Assembly (NCBI GenBank): GCA_025061985.1
Contig: JANXAW010000027.1
Coordinates: 4,499 to 68,498 of the forward strand
Source: Fimbriimonadales bacterium
Lineage (GTDB): Bacteria > Armatimonadota > Fimbriimonadia > Fimbriimonadales > GBS-DC
Direction of reading: 5' to 3'
DNA length: 64,000 nt
Below are positions 1 to 7,891 of the stretch, one piece after another. Every line of letters starts with the position of its first letter. Position 1 is the first letter of the stretch. The notes beneath the pieces were generated by a model, which was not told the DNA's origin, did not search any database, and saw only the letters and a program-made list of their open reading frames with translations. The translations under genes and the position numbers were made by a program.

Positions 1-213
1 TTCGGCTTAGAAGTCGCGTCGCTGCTGTGCGCTGCAAACCCTGCACGCGCCTTGGGCTACGAAAACGAACTGGGTACACTCCGCCCTGGCGCTCAGGCAG
101 ATATAATTTTGTGTAACCCGCACACCCTAAAGGTTTGCTATGTGTTCGTTGCGGGCATCTTGCACAACACTGCCATAGAACCGGCAGGAGTCGAGCCACA
201 GACAACGAAATAG
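1..213 (+). CDS. 3' end of an amidohydrolase-superfamily gene (NagA-like C-terminus), truncated by the window edge
   Basis: Frame 1 is open from base 1 to TAG at 211-213. Translation ...NPARALGYENELGTLRPGAQADIILCNP...YVFVAGIL matches the usual C-terminal A..lGl...G.l..G..ADlvl pattern of metal-dependent amidohydrolases such as GlcNAc-6-P deacetylase. It is absent from the ORF track because there is no start codon in the window. Confidence 0.45.
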   Translation, partial: FGLEVASLLCAANPARALGYENELGTLRPGAQADIILCNPHTLKVCYVFVAGILHNTAIEPAGVEPQTTK

Positions 214-242
214 ACCAACCACCCTAAGGAGGAGCGTGGGTT

Positions 243-1685
243 ATGTGGACAGACGAGCAGACCCGTGAGACCATGTCGACTGAGTCGACCTCGACGACCG
301 AGTCGATGGGGCCAATGCATACGGCGCCAACCGCTGAACCTGCGCCTGAAGGCGAGCCAACCTCTGTGCCTGCTACGGAAAGCGCTGGCGAACCTACGGC
401 AACCGCTGCTGAATCAACAGCTGCTACAACAACCTCCGCCCAAGCGGAACCCATTAGCATGGAGCAGGCGATCGAGCAATCGTTCCCTTCATTTGAGCGA
501 GGGGATGTCATCCGGGCCACGGTAGTGCAAGTAGAACCCGACGCAGTGCTGGTGGATATAGGCGCAAAGACCGAGGTGCGCATCCCCAAGCACGAGCTGG
601 CGCTTGGCGAGGTAGCTTCCGCCGCCGATGTGGTGCAAGTAGGCGACACGATTGAGGTGAAGGTCAAAGGCACCCGCGGCGAAAGCGGGATGCCCGTGCT
701 TTCCAAGCGAGAAGCCGACTTTGACAAGCTGTGGAAATCCATCGTGCGCGCCTACGAGACCAAAGAGACGCTGGAGGCAATGGTCGAAGATGTGGTGAAA
801 GGTGGTGTGATTGTGAACATCGGCGTGCGCTGCTTTGTGCCCGCCAGCCAAATCGCTCGACGCTTGCCTCCTAACCAGCTGGATCGCCTACTGGGCGAAG
901 TTATCCCCATCAAGATAATAGACGTAGACCACGAGCGGCGCAAGGCGGTTGCCTCTAACAAGCTGGCAGAGGAAGAGATTCGCAAGCGGCGCGAGGAAGA
1001 GGAGCGTCAGCGACGCGAGCGCATATTCGCTACGCTCGAGGTTGGGCAACGATTCCGAGGCGTGGTCAAGCGCATCACCTCTTACGGCGCGTTTGTGGAT
1101 ATTGGCGGATACGAGGGGCTGCTGCACGTTAGCGAGATGTCGTGGGCGCGCATCAGCGACCCGCGCGAAGTGCTCAAAGAGGGCGATGAAATCGAGGTCG
1201 AAATCATCCGCCTCGAGCCTGAAAATGGCAAGGTAGCGCTCAGCCGACGCGCTGTACTGCCCGACCCATGGCAACTCGCTGCCCAACAATACAAAGAGGG
1301 CGATGAGATCGAGGTGCCCATCACGCGCATCGTGCGCACAGGGGCGTTCGCCCGTGTGATGGAAGGCGTAGAAGCGTTCCTGCCCCTGTCGGAGCTTTCC
1401 AGCAAGCGAATCAGAAGCGCCGACGAAGTGGTGTCGGTCGGCGAGGTGGTCAAAGGGCGGATTATAGAGCTCGATCCGCGTCGTCGCCGCATGGTGGTTA
1501 GCCTACGCGCTGCTGAGGAGCAGCGGGTAGTGCAGGAGTATCGCCAGCGCGCTCCAGTAAGCCGCGGCACAGGCTTTACCATCGGTGAGCGGCTCCAGTC
1601 GCAACTTCAGCAACTGCGCGCCGAAGCGCAAGCCGAATCGACAGAGCAATCCTCTGAGTCGGCAGCAGGAGCCGAAGGGCAATGA
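243..1685 (+). CDS. rpsA: 30S ribosomal protein S1 with four S1 domains and an N-terminal ~70-aa low-complexity extension
   Basis: There are four repeats of the S1 OB-fold pattern (FERGDVIRATVVQVEPDAVLVDIG, GGVIVNIG.RCFVPASQ, GQRFRGVVKRITSYGAFVDIGGYEGLLHVSEMS, GDEIEVPITRIVRTGAFARV). A strong SD AAGGAGG lies at 226-232, upstream of ATG 243. Confidence 0.9.
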   Translation: MWTDEQTRETMSTESTSTTESMGPMHTAPTAEPAPEGEPTSVPATESAGEPTATAAESTAATTTSAQAEPISMEQAIEQSFPSFERGDVIRATVVQVEPDAVLVDIGAKTEVRIPKHELALGEVASAADVVQVGDTIEVKVKGTRGESGMPVLSKREADFDKLWKSIVRAYETKETLEAMVEDVVKGGVIVNIGVRCFVPASQIARRLPPNQLDRLLGEVIPIKIIDVDHERRKAVASNKLAEEEIRKRREEEERQRRERIFATLEVGQRFRGVVKRITSYGAFVDIGGYEGLLHVSEMSWARISDPREVLKEGDEIEVEIIRLEPENGKVALSRRAVLPDPWQLAAQQYKEGDEIEVPITRIVRTGAFARVMEGVEAFLPLSELSSKRIRSADEVVSVGEVVKGRIIELDPRRRRMVVSLRAAEEQRVVQEYRQRAPVSRGTGFTIGERLQSQLQQLRAEAQAESTEQSSESAAGAEGQ

Positions 1686-1697
1686 CGCAAACTCCTA

Positions 1698-2279
1698 ATG
1701 CAACGGATTGCCATCACGGGTGGCGTCGCCGAGGGCAAGACAACCGTCTTGCGAATGTTCGAGGCGCTTGGCGCTGCTACGCTTAGCAGCGACGCGCTGG
1801 CTGCGACGCTCCTCCATCCAGGGACGGACCTATGGAAACGCCTTGTTGGGGAGTTTGGAGAAAGGATTTTGAACGCCGATGGCACGGTAGCACGCGAGCA
1901 ACTGGCTGCCCTTGCCTTCGGCGATGTGCGCTTGCGTCGCCGCCTCAACCAACTGATGCACCCCCCCATCGTGGAGGCGATGCAAGCACACCTCCAAGCG
2001 CTATCATCGCCGCTGGTGTTTGTCGAGGTGCCTTTGCTCATCGAGGTCGCCCTTCAGGGTGCCTTCGACGCAGTGGTGGTAGTGTATGCAACCCCTACCT
2101 TGCAGCGCCAGCGGCTACTGGCGCGAGGTATCTCAGCGGAGCGTGCGCGCCAAATCTTGCAAGCACAGCTTCCCACCCGATGCAAACTTGCCTTTGCCGA
2201 CTGGATCGTGCGCACCCATCGCCCCTTACCGCAGGTGGAGCGACAGGTGTGCGCCATCTGGCAGGCACTGAACCGTTAG
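1698..2279 (+). CDS. coaE: dephospho-CoA kinase
   Basis: The N-terminal P-loop is IAITGGVAEGKTTV. The size is about 190 aa, and the position directly downstream of rpsA is typical of CoaE. Confidence 0.8.
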   Translation: MQRIAITGGVAEGKTTVLRMFEALGAATLSSDALAATLLHPGTDLWKRLVGEFGERILNADGTVAREQLAALAFGDVRLRRRLNQLMHPPIVEAMQAHLQALSSPLVFVEVPLLIEVALQGAFDAVVVVYATPTLQRQRLLARGISAERARQILQAQLPTRCKLAFADWIVRTHRPLPQVERQVCAIWQALNR

Positions 2280-2286
2280 GTATACT
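2258..2286 (+). promoter_or_regulatory. candidate sigma-70-type promoter for the envelope cluster
   Basis: CTGGCA (2258-2263), a 17-nt spacer, then TATACT (2281-2286). The aGGTATACT form of the -10 recurs at other gene starts in this window. It would give a ~90-nt leader before GTG 2381. Confidence 0.3.
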
Positions 2287-2380
2287 GAACGGCGCAACGG
2301 AATCTCTGCTGGTGCGTCGAAAGCAAGTAGGAATGGGAGACGCTTGAGTAGAACTGAGTAGTGCAAGAGGAGGCTCTACC

Positions 2381-5300
2381 GTGGTGAGGCGAATCTGGCT
2401 GTTGTTCGGAGCGGGGCTACTGCTGCTGGGATGGGCAGGCTATGCGCAGGAAGGCGCGAGCAATCTGCCAAGTGGAGATCCCTATGCAGATCGCCCTGGT
2501 CGTCATGTGCTGCCCAACGCGCGTGTACGCGAGATTCCACCCCAAAACTACCGAGTCGCCCCTTCGCGGGCGCCACAGTCGGGCGCGCGCTGGCGCAAAG
2601 GCGGTCTGTTTGATCCCAACGAGTTCCACCGCAACCTGCAAAATCGCCAGCGACGCACCCGCGCGCCGCGCTGGGACCGCGACATCACCAACTCTGCCAC
2701 CGATGAACTCCATCCTGTGTACAACCCCGGCGCAGCAAAGATCTACTTCTCCAGCAACGCTTCTGCTGTGGTCAACGGCAGGTTGGCAAACCCCACACCA
2801 TACTATCGCATCTGGCGCGGAGATATTGATGACGGCTCAGGGCCGGGGCTTGGAAACGTAGCAAACCCCACTGCTATCACTGGCGACACTCCTGACGAAC
2901 GCTTCGGCAGCCAGATTCAGCCTGCGCTCAACGAAGCAGCCAACCTCCTCGCTTACGCCAACCGTACCGCTTCAGGCAACTACAACATTGTAGTGCGCAA
3001 TCTCAGCACCGGGCGGCGCGTGGTGATTACCGCCGACAACGACGGAATTACCCAAAACCTGCGCCCCACCCTCAGCCCCGACGGTAGCTTGGTGGTTTTT
3101 GCATCGAACCGACTGCTGCCCACAGACCCTCCGGGCACCGAACGCCGCTTCCGATTGTACTTAGCCCGTACCGACGGACGCCCGTTTGAGAACAACGAAT
3201 ACTTCCGTCGCCTCACTAACCCGCCTGCAGGCTTTAACGATGTGGAACCCGCTTGGTCGCCCGACGGCACCCGCATTGCGTTTGCACGCGTTGCCAGCGA
3301 CGGCAGCAGCTCTATCTTCATCTTAGATTTCGGCACCTTACGCGAGACCCGCTGGACCAACTTCGTAGACCCCAACACGGGCAACCGCGCCAGCGATCGG
3401 CAACCCTCATGGGCGACTTTCAATGGGGTACCCATCTTGGTGTTCTCCTCCACGCGGAAATCGGGCGATCCGCACCGCATCGCAGCCCCTGCTGACCGCG
3501 TCGACTCCACAAACCGTATCTACGATATCTATCGCATTGAGGCGACTTTGCCTGAGGAGCTAGGGGGCGGCCCAGCAATTTCTATCTCTGCCGACCGCAG
3601 CACGCCCCAGCTGGCACAGCCCGATGTGCCCTACCTTACCACACCGCCCTTTGCTCCTGCAGCGGGCGCGAAGTATCCCACTGGTGCAGTAGACGAGCGC
3701 AACCGCGTAGCATACCACTCCCCACGCACCGAGGGTGCCGAACCACCCGGCCCAGGCATCCACGACCTGTGGGAGACCCAACTATTTGATGTGACTCCGC
3801 CTATTTTGGAAGTGCTACCCATCGTGCGCCCGAAAGAGGGCTTCCCAGGCGATGAGGTCACCATTCGCGTGCGGGTAGTGGACTTCCAAAGCGGTGTGGA
3901 CTTCGTGCGCGTGCAATTCAAAGACCCTGACAGCGCCGAACAAGACGCGGAAGGCTTAGAACACCGCATCTACCTGCTGTTCCCATTTGACCCGTTCTTC
4001 CCGAACCGAATTTTGGTGGAGCAAATAAGTGGCGCTTACGTGCCATTGTTTGTGGAGGTTGGACACCAAGCAATCAACCCCAACACCTACGAGTACAAAG
4101 ACCCCTACACGCTGGTGCGGTTAGGCTTTGACGGGAGCTTGGACGACACGCTACTGCTAACGCCCGTGCTCGATGGACAGGGCAACCCCACCAACTTCTA
4201 TGAGGGGACGTGGCGCACACCTGATGTGCCCAGCGACTTCTATGTGGATGTGATTGTGCGCGACCGTGCGGGGAACGAGTTTATCTACGACAATATCACA
4301 GGCTTTACCACACGCCCGTTTGTGGGTGCCAACAACATCCTGCTGGTCTCCGACTATATGGGCGGGCAGATTTTCGTGCAACACCGTATTGATGTGATCG
4401 GCAACAGCGTTGCCCGCCCCACATGGCAGCCCGTGGAAAGCTACTGGACAGACAACCCTACGGGCAAGTTCCCGTTTGACCTCACCCAGCCGCCTTCGGG
4501 AACGCCTCAAATCATCATCGGGGATGGTGCGATCCCCCACCCGCGCGTCCTGGGCGCCTTTGTGCGCTCCGATACATTAGGCGAGAACACCACCTACGGC
4601 AACCTGTATGATATCTGGCGCGTGCAATGCCGCAACCCAATTCGACCTTCGGTGTTGGCGGGCTATCTGCCGCGTATCGAGCGTGAGCCAACCGACTTGG
4701 AAGGCACTTTCCGCGACAAATTGCATGCGCCACGCATCGTGATTTGGGCAAGCCCCTACACAGGCAACCTGTGGGCAGGACCGGGGCACTTGTTAGACCC
4801 AGAGGTGCAGCAGCTCCTGCGCGACTTCCTCAACAGCAGCGGACGCTTGGTCATCAGCGGTCAGGATATCGCGTGGGCACTCACCTTGGGCGGTACTGCC
4901 ACCAGTCAGTTCCTGCGCAACGAGCTGCAAGCGCAGTTGGACAGCGATGTGGCAGAAGACATTTTCCTCGTAGCCTATCAAGGGTTGCGCCGCGAGCTTA
5001 CCAGTTCAGGGTTGGAAACCGACCCCATTACTGGCGACCCCAACCCGATTGCCCGCAACCCTGCTGCACTTCCCATCTGGGTGCGTCTGGAAGGCAACGT
5101 GTTTGTGGTTGACCGCCCAGAAACACTCCGCCTCTCCCACCCAGGCAACTACTACATCACGCCATCTGGCGACTTCATAGATGTGGTAGTACCTGTCGGC
5201 GCGACAACAACCACCCCGCTGTTTACCGACGCCGCGTGGAACCAGGTGTGGCCCGATACCGTGCTTGCCAACCCCGACAACCGCGCGCCTTACCGCTATG

Positions 5301-7885
5301 CCAGCCCCGGTCAGTTAGCAGACCAGCAGCGCCAACGCGCAGGCACCTACTATCATAACACCACCAACCGCTCGAAAGTGGTGTTCTTCTCGTTCGGAGT
5401 AGAAGGGGTCAACTCGGGCTACAGCCAAGGTCCTGCAGACTTTCTGTGGTGTCGCGCGTTGCGCAACAAGGTCCTTCACAACGCCTTCGCCTGGCTGACC
5501 CATGGCGTCATTCAGGGCACAGTGCGCGAATATAACCCCGAGCTTCGCACGTACCTCCCCCTGCGACGAGCGCTGGTGCGCGCTACCGCACTTACACCGC
5601 CCAGCATCGCTGGTAGAGTAGAAGGCTACGCGATTACCGACTCAAACGGCTTCTACCGAATTGTGGGACTGGAAGCAGGCATTTATATCGTGGACGCAGT
5701 GCGCCCTGGCTACCGCATCCAGCACCCCGAGTCGGTAACTGTCGTGGCTAGCACGGTAACGCTCAACTTGGTGATGCTCAAAGTGCCTCCGGGGCAAATC
5801 AGCGGGCGCGTCATTGACATCAACAACCAGCCTGTGCGCGGTGCGGTCGTACGCGCCACCAGTGCGGAAGACCCCGAATTGGCACCGATTGAGACCTTCA
5901 CCGACCCAGATGGCAACTTCCTGCTGACACGCGTACCCGTTGGACGCTGGAACGTAACAGTAGTAGACCTTGCCTTTGGCGGCTACCGCTTGCCTCCTGT
6001 GCAGCCCCCCGGTGGCGTGTACCGTGACGTGGTGGTGCGCAGCAGCGAAACCACAAACGTGGGCGACTTCGTGCTGGAGCCGCTTCCCGGCACGGTGCAG
6101 GGTGTCGTAACCGACGCCGATACGGGGCAACCAATTGCAGGGGCACGCATTACAGCAATAGCCGGCACAACTACCCGCGCAGAAACCACCACTGGCACAG
6201 ACGGAAGGTACTCGTTTGAAGTGCCAGCGGGCGAGTACGTTGTCACCGCAACCGCACCAGGCTACACGGCGGTTAGCGAGACCCTTAGTGTGCGCGCGAA
6301 CGAAACCACAACACTCAACTTCCAGCTGCGCCGCCTGCCACCAGGCGAGGTAGTGGGCAGGATTGTGCGTCGCTTCAGCGGCACACCTGAGCCAGGTGTA
6401 ACGGTGCGCATCTTGTTCAACGAAAGCGATGTTGTGCCATCCGTGGTTACAAACGCCAACGGCGAATTCCGGTTCACGAATGTGCCGCCCGGCGAATATG
6501 TGGTGCGACCGAGCAAGCCTGGTTTCACCTTCATTCCCAGCCAGCGCACGGTGGTGGTCGAGCCAGGGCGGCGCGTCACGGTGCCAGAGTTCAAGGCGGA
6601 ACCGTTACGCACCTTCTTCCGCGGGCGGGCCTTGGTGTCGGCGCCATATGACTATGCGCAGGATGTGCGCGCTCTCCTGAATGTGCCAGCGGACGCTACC
6701 TTCCGCTTCTTCACGTGGGATCCTGAACAGGCGCGCTATGTGTTCTATCCAGTAGCGCCTGCCGATCGGTTCCAACTGGGGCGCGGCTACTTCTTGGAGA
6801 CCTCGATAGATTTGGCTCTGAGCGTGGAGGGTGCGCCTGCGGACCGTACGCGCCCGTTCGAAATCCCCGTGCGTGCCGGTTGGAACCTCATCGGCAACCC
6901 CTTCCCGTTTGACATTGACTGGACACGCATTCAGGTGATCGACCCCGACACCAATGCGCCTGTGGCGCTACCAGTGGCGGTGGGCAAGGGCATCGTAGCG
7001 AACACCCTGTGGGGCTTCACCTTCGGCTCTTACACGCCCACAACACGCATGCGCGTGTGGGAGGGCTACTGGGTGTACGCTTACCGCGATACGCGCTTGC
7101 TGATTCCGCCTACCGCAGAAGCCACTCGCGGACAAAGCACGTCTGTCGCTGCTGCGGGCGAATGGCGACTGACCATAGAGGCGCAAGCAGGCGAATTCAA
7201 GGACCGGGTGTACCTTGGCGTGTCCCGCGCAGCGACCGTGGGTTATGACCGCGAGTATGACCTGCTCAAACCACCGCCTGCTGCGGGCGATACGGTGTAC
7301 ATCAGCATTCCACGCCTCACTTGGGGTGCGCACAGCGGTAGCTACGGCGTGGACATCCAACCCATCAGCCGCTCCGCAAGCTGGGAGTTCACTGTAGAAA
7401 CTCGCCAGCCCAACCAGGAGGTCACCTTGCGCTGGCCCGACGCTCAACAACTGCCGCGCACGGTAAACCTCGTGCTGGTGAACTTGCAGACAGGTGAGCG
7501 GCGCTACCTGCGCACCACCAGTGCCTACACCTTCCGCACAGATACCAATGGCATCGGACGCTTCCGCCTTGAGACAGCTCCTGTCAGTCGTCTGCTTCGC
7601 ATCCAGCAAGCGCAGGTGCTCGCTGGACGCGGTAACCAATACACCATCACCTTCCAACTGACAGGAGACGCTACCGTGGAGGTGAATATCCTTTCGGGCG
7701 GCAAGGTGGTGCGTCAACTGCTGCATCAAGCCACTCGTAGTGGCGGGCTGCAGCAGGCCACTTGGGACGGACGCGACCAAAGCGGCATCGCCTTACCGCC
7801 AGGCACGTACATTGTTGAGATTCGTGCGGTGAGCGACGACGGTCAGGTCGCCCGTGCGACAGTGCCGTTGGTGCTCACTCGCTAA
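2381..7885 (+). CDS. 1834-aa secreted multidomain protein: TolB-type PD40 propeller, unknown central region, at least five CarboxypepD_reg-like repeats, and a shared C-terminal module with a FlgD-Ig-like end
   Basis: GTG start 7 nt after GAGGAGG (2367-2373). Signal-like N-terminus LLFGAGLLLLGWAGYAQ. PD40 repeats (RPTLSPDGSLVVFASNR, EPAWSPDGTRIAFARV). CarboxypepD_reg repeats (GRVIDINNQPVRGAVVRA..DPDGNFLL, GVVTDADTGQPIAGARITA..TDGRYSFEVPAGEYVV, TNANGEFRFTNVPPGEYVV). The C-terminus reads ATWDGRDQSGIALPPGTYIVEI...VPLVLTR. Confidence 0.85.
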   Translation: MVRRIWLLFGAGLLLLGWAGYAQEGASNLPSGDPYADRPGRHVLPNARVREIPPQNYRVAPSRAPQSGARWRKGGLFDPNEFHRNLQNRQRRTRAPRWDRDITNSATDELHPVYNPGAAKIYFSSNASAVVNGRLANPTPYYRIWRGDIDDGSGPGLGNVANPTAITGDTPDERFGSQIQPALNEAANLLAYANRTASGNYNIVVRNLSTGRRVVITADNDGITQNLRPTLSPDGSLVVFASNRLLPTDPPGTERRFRLYLARTDGRPFENNEYFRRLTNPPAGFNDVEPAWSPDGTRIAFARVASDGSSSIFILDFGTLRETRWTNFVDPNTGNRASDRQPSWATFNGVPILVFSSTRKSGDPHRIAAPADRVDSTNRIYDIYRIEATLPEELGGGPAISISADRSTPQLAQPDVPYLTTPPFAPAAGAKYPTGAVDERNRVAYHSPRTEGAEPPGPGIHDLWETQLFDVTPPILEVLPIVRPKEGFPGDEVTIRVRVVDFQSGVDFVRVQFKDPDSAEQDAEGLEHRIYLLFPFDPFFPNRILVEQISGAYVPLFVEVGHQAINPNTYEYKDPYTLVRLGFDGSLDDTLLLTPVLDGQGNPTNFYEGTWRTPDVPSDFYVDVIVRDRAGNEFIYDNITGFTTRPFVGANNILLVSDYMGGQIFVQHRIDVIGNSVARPTWQPVESYWTDNPTGKFPFDLTQPPSGTPQIIIGDGAIPHPRVLGAFVRSDTLGENTTYGNLYDIWRVQCRNPIRPSVLAGYLPRIEREPTDLEGTFRDKLHAPRIVIWASPYTGNLWAGPGHLLDPEVQQLLRDFLNSSGRLVISGQDIAWALTLGGTATSQFLRNELQAQLDSDVAEDIFLVAYQGLRRELTSSGLETDPITGDPNPIARNPAALPIWVRLEGNVFVVDRPETLRLSHPGNYYITPSGDFIDVVVPVGATTTTPLFTDAAWNQVWPDTVLANPDNRAPYRYASPGQLADQQRQRAGTYYHNTTNRSKVVFFSFGVEGVNSGYSQGPADFLWCRALRNKVLHNAFAWLTHGVIQGTVREYNPELRTYLPLRRALVRATALTPPSIAGRVEGYAITDSNGFYRIVGLEAGIYIVDAVRPGYRIQHPESVTVVASTVTLNLVMLKVPPGQISGRVIDINNQPVRGAVVRATSAEDPELAPIETFTDPDGNFLLTRVPVGRWNVTVVDLAFGGYRLPPVQPPGGVYRDVVVRSSETTNVGDFVLEPLPGTVQGVVTDADTGQPIAGARITAIAGTTTRAETTTGTDGRYSFEVPAGEYVVTATAPGYTAVSETLSVRANETTTLNFQLRRLPPGEVVGRIVRRFSGTPEPGVTVRILFNESDVVPSVVTNANGEFRFTNVPPGEYVVRPSKPGFTFIPSQRTVVVEPGRRVTVPEFKAEPLRTFFRGRALVSAPYDYAQDVRALLNVPADATFRFFTWDPEQARYVFYPVAPADRFQLGRGYFLETSIDLALSVEGAPADRTRPFEIPVRAGWNLIGNPFPFDIDWTRIQVIDPDTNAPVALPVAVGKGIVANTLWGFTFGSYTPTTRMRVWEGYWVYAYRDTRLLIPPTAEATRGQSTSVAAAGEWRLTIEAQAGEFKDRVYLGVSRAATVGYDREYDLLKPPPAAGDTVYISIPRLTWGAHSGSYGVDIQPISRSASWEFTVETRQPNQEVTLRWPDAQQLPRTVNLVLVNLQTGERRYLRTTSAYTFRTDTNGIGRFRLETAPVSRLLRIQQAQVLAGRGNQYTITFQLTGDATVEVNILSGGKVVRQLLHQATRSGGLQQATWDGRDQSGIALPPGTYIVEIRAVSDDGQVARATVPLVLTR
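6614..7882 (+). repeat. copy 1 of the shared ~430-aa C-terminal module (protein-level paralogous block)
   Basis: Aligns with 11394-12740 and 14173-15462. Shared motifs are GWNLIGNPFPF, EGYWVYA, EWRLTIEAQ, EVTLRWP, LVNLQTGERRYL, YTFRT, and the FlgD-Ig-like end. Confidence 0.8.
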
Positions 7886-7891
7886 CGCTTT

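Noticed and set aside
224-851. ORFs 224-742 (-) and 489-851 (-), antisense to rpsA
   Set aside because: They lie fully inside the well-supported S1 gene on the opposite strand. Their Ala/Ser/Gly/Arg-rich composition is typical of spurious antisense ORFs in high-GC DNA.
6968-7780. 270-aa ORF antisense to the C-terminal module of the giant protein. Similar long antisense or alternative-frame ORFs occur at 35040-35873, 37774-38517, 41556-42062, 49153-49737, 50627-51430 and 63162-63773.
   Set aside because: Each is embedded in a gene with clear family motifs on the other strand or frame. None has a motif or an SD. This is the expected by-product of stop-codon-poor GC-rich sequence.
7660-7885. 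Calling the C-terminal ~75 aa of the three cargo proteins a T9SS (Por) C-terminal sorting domain
   Set aside because: The motif W-D/N-G-R-D..G...PPG-Y fits the FlgD-Ig-like family equally well. No T9SS component is visible in the window. This cannot be decided without HMM scores, so it is left as FlgD-Ig-like.
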